NCBI GenBank assembly: GCA_012295275.1
Contig: CM022671.1
Span: 6,820,001-6,884,000 of the forward strand
Direction: 5' to 3'
Source of the DNA: Chrysomallon squamiferum
Taxonomy: Eukaryota; Animalia; Mollusca
DNA: 64,000 nt
Positions 46,017-61,516 of this stretch are shown one piece after another. Position 1 is the stretch's first letter. Every line of letters begins with the position of its first letter. The translations under genes were made by a program, and so were the position numbers. The notes under the pieces are model-generated. The model was not told where the DNA came from. It saw only the letters and a list, made by a program, of their open reading frames with translations, and did not search any database.

Positions 46017-48489
46017 AGAATTGTCAACTAATTAATTATCTGTATGTGTGTGTGGTAACCTTTGAACATACATAGCAGCTCTCCAGTGCTACACAGTAAA
46101 GAGAAACTGCATAACTAAAGTAACAACAACATTATCAAAAATACCTAACATCTGTGATGTTTGGTATACTAAACTTTGAAATACCTTGATAAACAACAAC
46201 AACATAACAGAAAACAAACAACAACAACAACAGTAGCAGCAACAATAACAAGAATAAAAATGATAATGATGAAGGTAGTAGTTTAAAGTATTTTTAATTA
46301 ATTTATTTTTTAGATTCTTTGATTCCAGATTATATGTTTCTGTCTTGTTTTCTTGTAATAGAGTTGTTATTAGTTTGTAAGATAAATAGTCGGAATGTTG
46401 TGTGAAATGTAATAATAGATCTAAACACTAAATTTATTCATTTAAATTGTAAGTAGGATTTGAACTGATGTTCTGAAGTAAACTTGTAAACAGATAGGTT
46501 GTGGTGTGTTGATTAACAAAATGAACTGAAGAAATGTGAATGTCATACTGATACTAATAAGAGTTCCCTTAGTAAATGAAGAAAAGCCCTATGTTTTATT
46601 AATAAGAGTTCATTTATCAAATGAAGAGAAATGCTGAAGTTAGGGATGGGTTATTAATATCATCTGATTACTAATAATTATATTTTGTTCACCTATAATC
46701 TTCTTAACAATTGCAACAGAAAAACCACAACGAATAATAAATAGATATTAAGAAATTTTCTGTTTAAAATCAACAAAAATGTGCCTATTTGGTGTGTTCA
46801 AGTAAGTATATCGAGTTGTTAGCTATAAGCTTATAGCTATTTCGTTGGCTAGTTTTATACTCAGTTTTCTGTGCCTTTTTAACTCTGTTTTACAGATATA
46901 CTAATAGAAATCTGTCTTAGTTAACTGACAGACAGATATCATGTTTCTTCTATTCTTGTTCCATCATGAATGATGTTTGTGTCACAAAGATTGATATTAA
47001 TAATGGCAGCAGTCTTAAAATTGACTTTATTTTCACTGCAACTGCTTGATGAAATTTTCGAATTTGATTTTGTTAACGTAAAGATCTTTGACAAATTATA
47101 CTCAAAAGAATCTTCAGATATGGAGTCACTATTTTTATTAATATTATACATATATTTTTTTTTGAATTATTATATCTAAAAAATAATTCATTTTTGAAAA
47201 TAGGTCGTATTTAGTAGAGAATAAAATTAGGCATTGCTTCTGTTCAAGAATTTATTGTACATTTTAATATATGCTCTGTAAAAATATAAATACCTTATGA
47301 AATCATTATGGTAAACATAAATGTTTTATGAAATCTTTCGTTTGTAAAACATAAATTTATTGTGTATAAATAATTTTTGTTTGTAAAAGATATAAATTTA
47401 TTATGTATAAAAATTTTGTTTGTAAAACATAGATATATTATGTATGAAAAGTTGTGTTTGTAAACAAATTGTGCATGAAATTCTTTTCAGTGAAATGAAA
47501 TATTTTCTGTGTGTGTCTGTTTCAGTATGTTTTCAGTGTTGTCTTGTTCAGTATATGTGATTTTAAAAAAAAGTGTGTGTGTGTGTGTGTGTGAGAGACA
47601 GATTCTTTAATATGTACAGTTTGTACAAGACACTACATTATGTACAGTCATTACAACATGACAGTTCTTTATCACATTTGAAAACAATTTAGTACATTTT
47701 AAATGCAGTATTTACCAATATTTACTCGGATAACTAATAAAGAGACAGCATATCTCGTCAGTATCTGCTAAAATACAAACCTGTATACAAACACATCACA
47801 TGCTTTAACTCAGAATTAAAAACTGATTTAATTTCACTGTTTAGTAGGATCTGTGATGAATTGTTTTGTATCATTACATAAATGTTCTGAATGAATGTCA
47901 GTGCATACTTTCAAAAAAAAAAAAAAAAAATTATGTTTCTTGTTCCTTTAATTTATACAAATAATAAATGAGAAAATTATTCTGCAAAAACATCACTGTT
48001 TAAAAAGAATATGTTTGTTATTCAGTTATATTTAATTACTATATTAATTTAAAAACGGTTTTTACTTTAGTCTTGTTTTTATTCTGACATTTGTCTTATT
48101 TTAAAAGTTAAGTCTGTATTTCAACACTCTCTTACACACACACACGTTGTGGATTATATACAATACCTACATACAGACAAAGGTTAATTAATTTCATGTT
48201 TATTCTCTAAAAGTATAAAATATTTACTGTATTAATCCAGTTGATTTTTGAACAGATTTTTATCTATATAATGGTATATATTCATTAGACATTTTATATT
48301 ATACACAGTATAAATTTTGTATGACTGCAGCTTATATAGATATTTTCACTGTACTTGTCTTTACAATTTCTTGTTTATCTAGATTTGTCAACAAAACAGA
48401 CATATGCAAAATAACATACAAATACAATAAATATTGAAAATTCTCTTTTGTAATTGTCATTCGTTTTGTGTGTGTGTGTGTGTGTGTAA

Positions 48490-48990
48490 TTGAGAAAGTG
48501 AGGTTTTGTGTGAATGTGTGTGGTAGAGAAATAGGTTTTTGTGTGTGTGATAGAGAACGTTAGACAGGTTTTTGTGTGTGTGATAGAGAACATTAGACAG
48601 GTTTTTGTGTGTGTGTGATAGAACGTTAGACAGGTTTTTTGTGTGTGATAGAGAACATTAGACAGGTTTTTGTGTGTGTGTGATAGAACGTTAGACAGGT
48701 TTTGTGTGTGTGAGAGAAAGAAAGAGAGACAGGTTTTGTGTGTGATAGAGAAAGAACTTGAGACAGGTTTGGTGTGTATGTGATAGAGAAAGAAAGTGAG
48801 ACAGGTTTTGTGTGTGATAGAGAAAGAACGTGAGATGGGTTTGGTGTGTGTGTGATAGAGAACGAGTGAGACAGGTTTGGTGTGTGTGTGATAGAGAAAG
48901 AAATGGAGACAGGTTTTGTGTTTGTGTGATAGAGAATGTGAGACAAATTTTTTGTGTGTATGTGATAGAGAAAGTGAGACAGAGGTTTTG
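48490..48990. repeat. Degenerate 33-40 bp minisatellite (GTGTGTGATAGAGAA...AGACAGGTTTT)
   Basis: Read directly; explains the H/T/K-rich minus-strand ORFs. Confidence 0.85.
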
Positions 48991-50887
48991 TACTTGTCTT
49001 TAAAGACTGTATAGAAAAACTGGGTTCCCAACAGATGAAAGAATGGAAATAAAACAAAATAAAATTTTATAAAACACTGCAGTAAATGTAATTCATGGTT
49101 ATCAGTTAACAAAAACAAATGAAAATAAAAATGGTTGTAACAGCACAGCAAGTTACCATTTATGAAAAAATGTTTATAATCTAAATAAAAAAAGACATAA
49201 AAAAAACAACAGAACAAACACCAAAACATAATTACCACCAAATATTTATTTACAGAGAGCCCCATATTTACATAACATATACATACACACAAAATACTTT
49301 CTTTCTGAACATGCAATTCACCCCAACAACTGAACAAAATAAGTGAAAAATGAGAAGGAAAAAAAAAATCTTAGTTTTAAAACTACAGAACAAGCTTTTA
49401 GACACTGATCATGATTCGATTGAAAAATGTGCACATTCTGTGAACACACATAATTTACAAGTGTCTGAAGTAACATGGTTATTTGCTCTGGCCCTGGTGT
49501 GTAAACACATCATATCTGTACTATCAGTGCCCCCAGTTTGCTTATACCAACTAATACAGTATAAACAAAAACTATTCTGTTTGTTCAAATACAACTCGAC
49601 AAATACTGCCTGTTAATAAAATTTAACTGGAGCAATAGCTATGTCCTGTATGTTTAAAGATAACATACTAAATAATGTCCCAGTCATAAATATATCAAGC
49701 ACAGCAGATAAAGTCTGTGTATATACGTGTTCATGTTTAAATAAAACTCAAACTGCAGTTTAATATCTGTGTCCCACTTATTAAATTTATCAGAGCTTAA
49801 CTACGATCTATAACATGATATACCACTTTTTAAAAGTAATATATTTTAAGTACTTCTGTAAACCGAATCAGTTATATTACACTAAAAAAATATTTATTTC
49901 ATCATCTAGGAATATTTTAAAATTTCACAACAAAATGAAATGATCAACTAGACAATAGTACTATGTGCGTAAAGAAGATAATTAGACAAATCTATAAATA
50001 TAATTATTGGTTACAGCTGACAATACTGTATTTGACTTCCTACACTGAAATTACAGAAATGAACTGTTTTAATTTTATACCAGTCTTGAAGTTAACTCTC
50101 AGTACAATTAGAATTTTTTTTTATTTTAAAACATGATGATCATTTTTTTCATAAATAACTGATAAAAACAAATCTATTATATTTTAAAAGTTTTAAACAC
50201 AAAATTAATAACAATGCTCTCAACAATGGAAGAAGATCAATTTTTAACAACTGTACTACAAATAAAATTTAATAATAAATATCAGATCTTGGAGACAGCA
50301 CAAAAAGAAAAATATGCAGTTAGTCTTGAAACATGTACAAATGATGGTTTCTACCAAGAACAAAAGAAAATTGATTTTCAGATAATGGATTGTTGATGTG
50401 TATTGATCCTGAAATTATCTTTTTGTAACACAATCCAAGTAAAGATTAATTATAATCTACAATTAAAAATATCTAATAATTATCTTTAACTTGTCAACTG
50501 TCAGTACAATATTTAATAAATACAAATGCTACTTTATTGATGCAGATGAGCTAATTCTGATTTATCTTCAAGCAAATTAAAAATATAAAAATATATATCT
50601 CAGTTTTCTGTATTTGTCTTGAACTTGGTCCATGACCTGAAACTGAGGACTTTGTATGTAAACTGTATCAGCTATGAAATTATTAACTTAATTCACTAGG
50701 TTCAATTCATGGATTTATAGAATCAGACACATGTGATTCAACTTCTCTGTTTTTGAACTTCAGAGTGTCTCTGTGTCTTCATCTATGTTCAGTTGAAAAA
50801 ACAAACAAAAAGAAAATCTGCTTATTAATATTTCCTTTGAAGATAACACAATGATTTCCTGGCATTAATGATGATGAATAGTTTTGT

Positions 50888-52763
<1,876 letters not shown>

Positions 52764-53110
52764 GTTGTTTTATTTGTTTAAGTTGCACAACTATTTGTAA
52801 ACATTGCGTGTCAGGAAATCGTATTGCAAACGGAAGTAGAAATAGCAACGAAAGTATAATGAAAAGTGTAATTTCGATTAAAGATGAAACGTTCCAATGA
52901 GGTTTTTGTTTAACTTTCGAAAATCATAATTACTAAACAAAAACAATTTTCAACAATATTTAACAAAATTTCACTTAATTTTTTAAAGAGAACATTCTGT
53001 AAATTAAGTTTGATTTCAAAACATTCTATTTATTTTGTTTCGGATAAATTTAAACTAATATTCTTTTATTAATTCAAAAAAGTGTAGGTTCGTGGCGCTA
53101 CTGAATACGA
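52764..53110. promoter_or_regulatory. Probable bidirectional promoter TMEM167B / IARS1
   Basis: Divergent genes; ETS-like CGGAAGT at 52831; the IARS1 ATG exon has an upstream acceptor (gcag| 53614), implying a non-coding first exon here. Confidence 0.55.
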
Positions 53111-53618
53111 AAACACATGTTACCTGAACACTGTCACAGGTTTAATTTGACTACTGATCTGCCAATGAAACTGTAGTGAAACTATTGCTGTTGTTGTTGT
53201 ATGATTACAGTAATTTAGTACTGTATGCACTGATTGACAAGAAATTTGCGATAGGTGATTGATTAGTGTTTTAACCAGTAGGCAGAGTAGCTTTAATTTA
53301 GATTCACGGTATCAGGTCTATTAATTCTGGAGTGTGGGACATTCTAGCAGACAATTTATTATTTTTTAATGATAAACGTTACATGGACTCATAGTCTGTG
53401 ATTTTAAACTGTATTTATATTTATAGAACTTTTTTTTTTATATTTACTTAAATGTACAACTAAAAATGCTTCAATTTTGTAGTATTAATTACCATCATCC
53501 ATGTGACAGTGAATAAAGAGTTATTTAAAAAAAAAAAAATAATAATAATTAATTAATTTTTTACTTATTTTAAATTAAATGTGCAGTTTATTAGAAGAAG
53601 TTTTATTTTTGCAGGAAC

Positions 53619-56600
53619 ATGTCTGAACACGTACCAGACAACATCAATTTTCCTGCTGAGGAGGAGAAGATTCAGGAGTTTTGGAAGGAGATTGACGCGT
53701 TTAAAACATCCCTGCAGCTTTCCTTTGGAAAACCATGGTAAGAATTTGTTATACACACAGACTGATGTACATACAGCTCATTCATTCAGTCCAGCCTTGT
53801 GATTGGTTGTTATCTGAATAATGTAGGTATATGACATATCATGTGGCAGAGTTTTCAGCATCTGAAAACAATAACATGGCAATACAAAAGGCCCTTATAT
53901 AATTAAAGAGCTATGTTGATTTTTCAATAAATTTCATTTTGAATTATCAACAAAGACAAACTACTAACAAAACTACCATTGATAATAATTAATATGATGC
54001 AATTACATAACAGATGTTGAAAGTTTGTTACAAACTGTATGTACAGAGAGAAATAAAATGTATTGTTTAGAGTCATACAGTACTTTATAAACATTTGATT
54101 AAATCTGTTATTGTAAAATGTTGTGTTACAGATTTACCCACCATCGTGAATGTCACACATGTTTGTTTAGTGTACACATTTTATTCATTTTAAATTCATT
54201 ACAAATTTTTCTGTTGTTAGCATAATAAAGAAATACATTTGCTTTATACAGAAGCATTGTGAAAAAGTCTTTACACTTGCAGGTTTATTTTATAACTCAC
54301 AAAGAGAAGTGCACAGATGTTTTATTACCTGCTATATTTAACCCTTTATTCAACTCTTATTTAACATGTATATGTTTAGATACATTTGTAGTCAAGTTGC
54401 TTGTACCAAACATTGAGATACAAAATGGGAATGGTCAAAGATCACAGTGTTACGTGCCTTGATTTTGAAATTGTTATAAACTGTCTAATATGCTCAGTAT
54501 GCTTTTTGACTGGTTTTCTCATGTCTTCCTGTCTAATCTAAATAATTTCAGTAAGGATTAAAATATTATTAGATCAAGAGGGAATTATGTAATAATCTGT
54601 GTGGGTAACAGCCCCTCTCCAAGAAGATGAACATTGGGAAAACAAAAAAAGTTCATTTGTATATTTTTTTTTTTATAGTTGGTAAGGGAATTGAGCTTCA
54701 CGGTGATTGTTCATTCTGTTGTTTGCTAAGTGATTCCACACAAATTTCTCCCACACAGGATCATCTACCCGGGTGATTGCCACAAAGTCTGTAAAGTCAA
54801 AATATTTTCACCCTGGGGACTTCCTGAAATGGCAGCTAGCCACACATTTTCACACCTTGTCCAGTGGCAGAGTAATTAGATTACCTTGGTTACCAGTCTG
54901 TGGAAGGCTGTGTCGTCTACGTACTGGAGAATCATATGCTGAATCTTCCTTCATTGAACTTGGGCTTGAAAAAAATATCCCCATACCTTGACCCCCAACT
55001 GTTGATTCAGCTTTGGATCGCCCTCACAGTCTAGTAAACCTTAACATTTTTATCAAATGAGCAAAAAACTAATCTAATCCTCCTTTAGATCAGTGAGAAA
55101 ATGTGAAATCAGATCAAATGTGTGAAACTGTTTGTATAAATTTACTTATTGTCACAGTAGATGACAGAAAATGAAAACAAAGTCTGAAATCTTTTCATCC
55201 ATTTTACAAAAATCACTTTTCTGGTATAAACTCAACAATGAAATAATTATTTATATAGCTAACTTTTCTCCTGTCTAAACTGATACATGTACTTTTTATC
55301 TGGATAACTAGACTTACTAGGATGGAACTTAAAAACATTAAATGCAGCAAAAAGGTGTTAGATCAATATATTATATGATGTTTTAATGTGCCAGTAAAAT
55401 CACAAATTTCACTTTATAAAATTTGTTTTGTAATGATGTATCTTTATTTTATTATTATTATTATTTTTTTTAAAGTGCAATAGATGTAAAGTCCTCAGGT
55501 TCATATTTTTAATTCACAGTTTTAATTAGATATAATGTTTTTGTCTGAAGTACTGGACTGAATCTACAGCTGTTGTTTTATTGTACAGCAATACATTGTG
55601 TAGATCTCTGATATTCATTTTATTCATTGTGCAGAACAGTTTTAAATAAACACTTTTCTGCATGGAATATGCATCACACAATATCAGGAAACAAATGTTA
55701 ACAGATGTGCTTACAAAATCCAATAATTGTAAAACAGATTTTATACTTTATTAACAAATGTAATAATAACAATTCTTTGATCATCAGATAGTAAATTTGG
55801 ATACAGGGTAAAACAAATAATCGGTATAAAAGAAACTTCAGCAGAATATGATATTAATATCAAAATATCATTAAAATGCTCTCTCTACTTTATTTATGTA
55901 TTTTTTTTAAATAATATTATTTGAAATAATAACAGTCAAAAATTAAATTGTTTATTTTGTTTTCTTTTATGGGTGTTTTATAATTTGTTATCCACTTTTT
56001 TTTTTTATCATTTTTTAATTATATTTATTCATTTTTTTTTTTTTTTTTTTTTTAAGTTTATTAGTTTTGTTTTTTTAACCATCCAAAATAACTTACTGAT
56101 TTATTTCTTTCCTATTTTTTTTCCCCTGGTTTTATTTTTAGCTATGTGTTTTATGATGGACCACCATTTGCAACCGGCCTCCCTCATTACGGCCACATTC
56201 TAGCGGGGACCATCAAAGACGTGGTCACGCGGTGGGCACATCAGAGTGGCTTCTACGTGGAGAGGAGGTTTGGGTGGGACTGCCACGGCCTCCCAGTGGT
56301 AAATTGCTATTTTTAATTTACAAAACATCAAATGTTTTATTGATTTTCTCTCTCTCTCGTTTAAAAGAAAAATTTAATAGTAAATTGCCCCCCAAATATT
56401 AAACGTTTTATTGATTTTTCTCTCTCATTTAAAAGCAAAAATTTAATAATAAATTACCCGCAAATATTAATCGTTTTATTAATTTTCTCTCTCTCTCATT
56501 TAAAAGAAAAATTTAAGAAAAATTGCCCCCCAAATATTAAATGTTTTATTAATTTTCTCTCTCTCTCATTTAAAAGCAAAATTTAATAATAAATTTACCC

Positions 56601-59600
56601 CCGAATTGCCGTCAGTTATTCGTTAATCATCTTTTTAATTAAGATTTAATTTCAAGAAATTCTAGTTTGTAGAACTGTTAATTGACAAATAGGTAATGAA
56701 AGCATATTTAATTTATTTATTTATTTTTTATTATTTTATTTTTTAAAGAAATAAGTTATAAATTAAAAATTCTATATATTTAATGTATAAAACAAATAAA
56801 AAAAAAACAACAAAAAAACTTCTAATTAAGCTGGTGTATAAATATAATAAATATTACAAAATTCTTTGTGCTAATAATAACAGCAGAGGAAATGATATTA
56901 AATTGTTACTTGCAGGAATATGAAATTGACAAAACTCTGGGTATTCGGGGTCCAGAAGATGTGGCCAAGATGGGAATTAAAGCTTACAATCAGGAATGCA
57001 GAAAGATTGTCATGAGATACTCAAAACAGTGGGAGGTAACTCTAAACAAAAACACACCTCTTTTACAAAAGAAGGGCTTCATCATAGAATTTTTACATTA
57101 TATTTTAAAGTAATGTTTGCAACAAACTGTCTTTGATGCTGTTTTCAGTAAGATAAAAACCAGTCACACTGAAACTTTCATGATATTTACTTTCTAATGT
57201 ATTTCTAAAGTGCTTTTTTTTTTTTACCCCTTTCAAGTCACACAATAATCAGAAATAATTTCACTGTTGTTTTGACCACTGAAAAGGTTTCAGCTAGAGT
57301 ATTACATATCTAGTATGTATTGAGATATCTAGTCAGTTGTGCTCTCTCTTAGCTAGTCTGTGTTGAGATATCTTTTACCTAATCTGTGTAGAGACATCTC
57401 TTAGCTAGTCTGTGTTGAGATATCTCTTAGCTAGTCTGTGTTGAGATATCTCTTACTTAGTCTGTTACGCTCTCTCTTTCCTTGTCTGTGTTGAGATATC
57501 TTATCTAGTCTGTTGCACACTCTCTTTCCTAGTCTGTGTTAAGATATCTTATCAAGTCTGTTGAGATATCTCTTAGCTAGTCTGTGTTGAGATATCTTTT
57601 AGCTAGTCTGTATTGAGATATCTCTTACCTAGTCAGCGATTGTAATAAAGAAGTGACTTAAGTACCAAACGGATTGTTGTAGTATTGAATTAGGAAATGA
57701 ACGAACTGGCAGGTAACATTGAGGGTTAAATTTTAATTTATTTTCACCCAGGAAATCATTGGACGTCTGGGTCGGTGGATTGACTTTGAGAACGACTACA
57801 AGACGATGTACCCAACGTTCATGGAGTCGGTGTGGTGGGTTTTCAAACAACTTTTCAACAAAGGCCTGGTTTATCGTGGCTTCAAGGTAATCTGTTCCCC
57901 ATTAAAATAAATAATAATAATAATAATAATAAATAAAAATAAAAATAAAATTGTTTTTAAAAAACTGTATTCAGAAAGGAAGAACTGATTCACAGAATGA
58001 AGTTACTGTTAATAGAAGTTAGCAGTCACTGTTAAGGTACAGATGAAATATTTGAAAAGTAAATAGTAAATATAAACTTGTCGCACATTTTGGTAACCTG
58101 ATAAAATTACTTTGTCTCTAAGTTTAATTATTTTAGCAATTTTATTAATTAAGGATATAAGTACATTAAGTTCATGTTGGTGTTTTGTTACTAAACATTT
58201 ATTTATTTATTTATTTACTGAAATGTTTGTGTAATATTTAATAAAGTAAATATTTATAATTTGTAGGTAATGCCCTTCTCAACAGCCTGCAATACGCCAT
58301 TGTCAAACTTTGAATCTGGACAGAACTACAAAGATGTTGTTGACCCTGCAGGTTTGAATTAATTAACATAATTAATAAATTATGTTAATGAGCAAAACCT
58401 ATAAATTATTTTGGTAATTTGTGAAAAGTTGACTGATTATTTATAATGAATACGAACTTTCACTGATAATTCTGATCAGAAGATGATTTTATTTAAAACA
58501 TTGTCTTCCTAATTTATCTTGGTAAGTTTATAAAATTTTCAGCTACGAATGTAATATAACAAAGTACTCATATCATTTTATCAGAGAGGATTGGCTTGTT
58601 TTCCAATCCAGGTCCATAAGTCTAATAAACTGAAAAGTGTAAATAAATCAAGGTGTTTGAGAAACTGAAAGGTACAGATAAAAAGACAGTTATGCATGAT
58701 AAACTGAAAGGTGTAGACAAATCAACAGATGTTTATTAGTGAGGTGTAGATAGATTGTTAAGTGTTGCCCTGTGTCATTGTATACCTGTGTCATATTGTA
58801 TGCCTTTGTCAAACTGTACCTGTGTCACTGAGTGCAGATTACCGACAGGTGTTACAGATTGTGCTAATTAATTATTTATGGTTGCCTGAACCCACGCACA
58901 CACAGATGTTGCAGAGAGATCTTTGTGCTGGACAATGGATGGGGAGGGTTAAAGGGTTAATTTGCCTTCTGTAGTAAATTAGCAGTAGTTTGAGGGTTAA
59001 TTTATTTCTATAAAGCTTTGAAATGCTTTAATGACAACATATACATATATGCATACATAAATATATACATATATACATTCACAAACATACATACATTTAT
59101 ATCTAGCAGTAAAACAACAACAAAAAGCAAAGCAAAAAACCTAAAATGTTGTCATAAAACAAAAACAAAAAAAATCAACAAAACAACAGAAAAGAACCAG
59201 ATGGTTTATTTGAAAGTTTTTGTTAATTCTTTGTTTTATTAGAATGACTTAAAAAGTTGATTTGTTTTATGTGATAAATGGGTTAAAGTAATGCAGTGAA
59301 TTGACAGGTTTTAGCAGTTAATGGGTTGAAAGTTTTATAATAAACTTCAGTTAGAGTTTAAATGTAATAAATAAACAAAAGCTAAGGTGTTAAAATTGTA
59401 AGTAAATAAGAGCTAAACTGCCTAAAGGGTTAAAATGATTTAATAGACAAACAGTTAGTGATGTAATAGACAAACAGTTAAAGTGATGTAATAGATAAAC
59501 AGTTAAAGTGATGTAATAGACAAACAGTTAAAGTGATGTAATAGACAAACAGTTAAAGGGTTAAAGTGATGTAACAACAATTAAAGAGTTAACAACTATC

Positions 59601-60443
59601 TGTTTGCAGTGATTGTTAGCTTTCCACTGGAAGAAGATCCGAAGATCTCAATGATTGCCTGGACGACCACACCCTGGACACTCCCCAGCAATCTCTCCCT
59701 TTGTGTCAACCCCAACATGAACTACGTCAAAGTGAGAGGTAAGTGTTGTCTGACATCACAGTAGCATTTCTTAAACCTTAATTTATTTTCACTTGATAAC
59801 CTTTGGCTGGGTGTTCACTACAGTCTGTGTTATCATTACCTGTTTTTCCCATTCCATCCATATCCAGTATCTCATTATAGGTTGTATCAAACACAAGGTG
59901 TTTTCCTGTTTGTGGAACAAACACACATACATATGCACACATACTTTATTTCATAAATATATTCACACTCAAACTCACTCACTCTTTCATACTCTCTCTC
60001 TTTCTCTTTATCTTTCTCTGACATACATACATACAAGATTCACACTCGCTGTCTGACATACACAGGTATAGAAGAACTAGCCAGTGTGTCTGGTTAAAAG
60101 TTGTTTAAGTGTTTGACTTTCAGATAACAACTCAAGTCACGTCTACATCATGATGGAAGATCGTCTGGAAGCTCTCTTTAAAACTGAGGACGAATATACC
60201 GTTCTTGCCAAGTATTTGTTTTGTTTTGTTTCATTTTGTTTTAGTTCATTATTTATTTATTTATTTTGTTTTATTTATTTATTTTTTTTAATTGTTTTTC
60301 ATTTTATTTATTTATTTATTTATTTATTTGTTTTATTTATTTATTTGTTTTATTTATTTATTTATTTATTAATTTAATTTAATTTAATTTAATTTAATTT
60401 AATTTAATTTAATTTAATTTAATTTAATTTAATTTAATTTATT

Positions 60444-60492
<49 letters not shown>

Positions 60493-61481
60493 TTTATTTA
60501 TTTTTTAATTATTTTTTTTGTTTGTTTGTTTGTTTATTTACTTATTTATTAAAAAGATTGTAAGAAAATATAATCCTTGTATAAAAATTACAAAGTTTTT
60601 AAAAAAAATATAAATATGCATTTTAAATTGTTTGATATATTTTTATGTTTTGTACCTGTTATGAAGGTAGTTAAATAATGTTGTTTTTGTTTGTTTTTGT
60701 TTTCTGATAAATCATAAAAACAAAGTGATTATGATATGGTAACCAATAAAGACACAGATATGTTTTTGTTTCTTGACCAAAATACCAATTTAAATATTAT
60801 GATACACATCTTACAAACAAATTATACAAAACACCAGTCAGATTACATGTAATATCAAAATGGTATCAGAGTTTTTCTTATTAAATTTAGAAAACAAAAA
60901 GTTGTTGATAAATATCTGTTGATTACAAGAAAGTCATTAATTTACAAAACTGAAACTACCTTGAAATAAAAAAATGTATATATGTTTTATTTTGGTGTAA
61001 ATCTTTATTTTCAAAGATAGTGAAAAACTAGATTTTTATATTCATAATAAATATTTTTTAGATTCAAAGGGAAAACACTGGAAGGGAAACACTACAAACC
61101 TTTGTTTCCTTATTTCTCACACGTAAGTTACACTTTTTTCACAAGCTGCACACAAAATCTACTTTTGTCTTTTATCTTCAGAAAGATAAAACATTTCAGT
61201 TTGTCTGACTTTTCCATGATTACCGATATTTTTCCTCTTTGTTCATATATAGTTATGTTTTATTTTTACAATTTTAAATTCTTCAAGCTATTAATTATGA
61301 TTTTTTTATTTTTTTAAATGTGACTAATTTATTTTTCAACCATTTCAACATGCTGACCATTATGTTTACATTTATTTTAATATGTTTATGTTCATGTCTT
61401 TTTATATTTTAGTTTATTAGTTTACATTGTAAAGCATCCTTGAACATATTCAGTCTGGAAAAGGTGCTGTATAAATACATT

Positions 61482-61516
<35 letters not shown>

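Noticed and set aside
48375-49337. 320-aa minus-strand ORF
   Set aside because: Low-complexity and minisatellite-derived, no domain; lies in the 3' flanks of convergent MAPKAPK2 and TMEM167B.
54690-55025. GC-richer island in the IARS1 intron (snoRNA or poison exon?)
   Set aside because: No convincing C/D or H/ACA box layout, and no well-supported exon boundaries; needs Rfam and RNA-seq.
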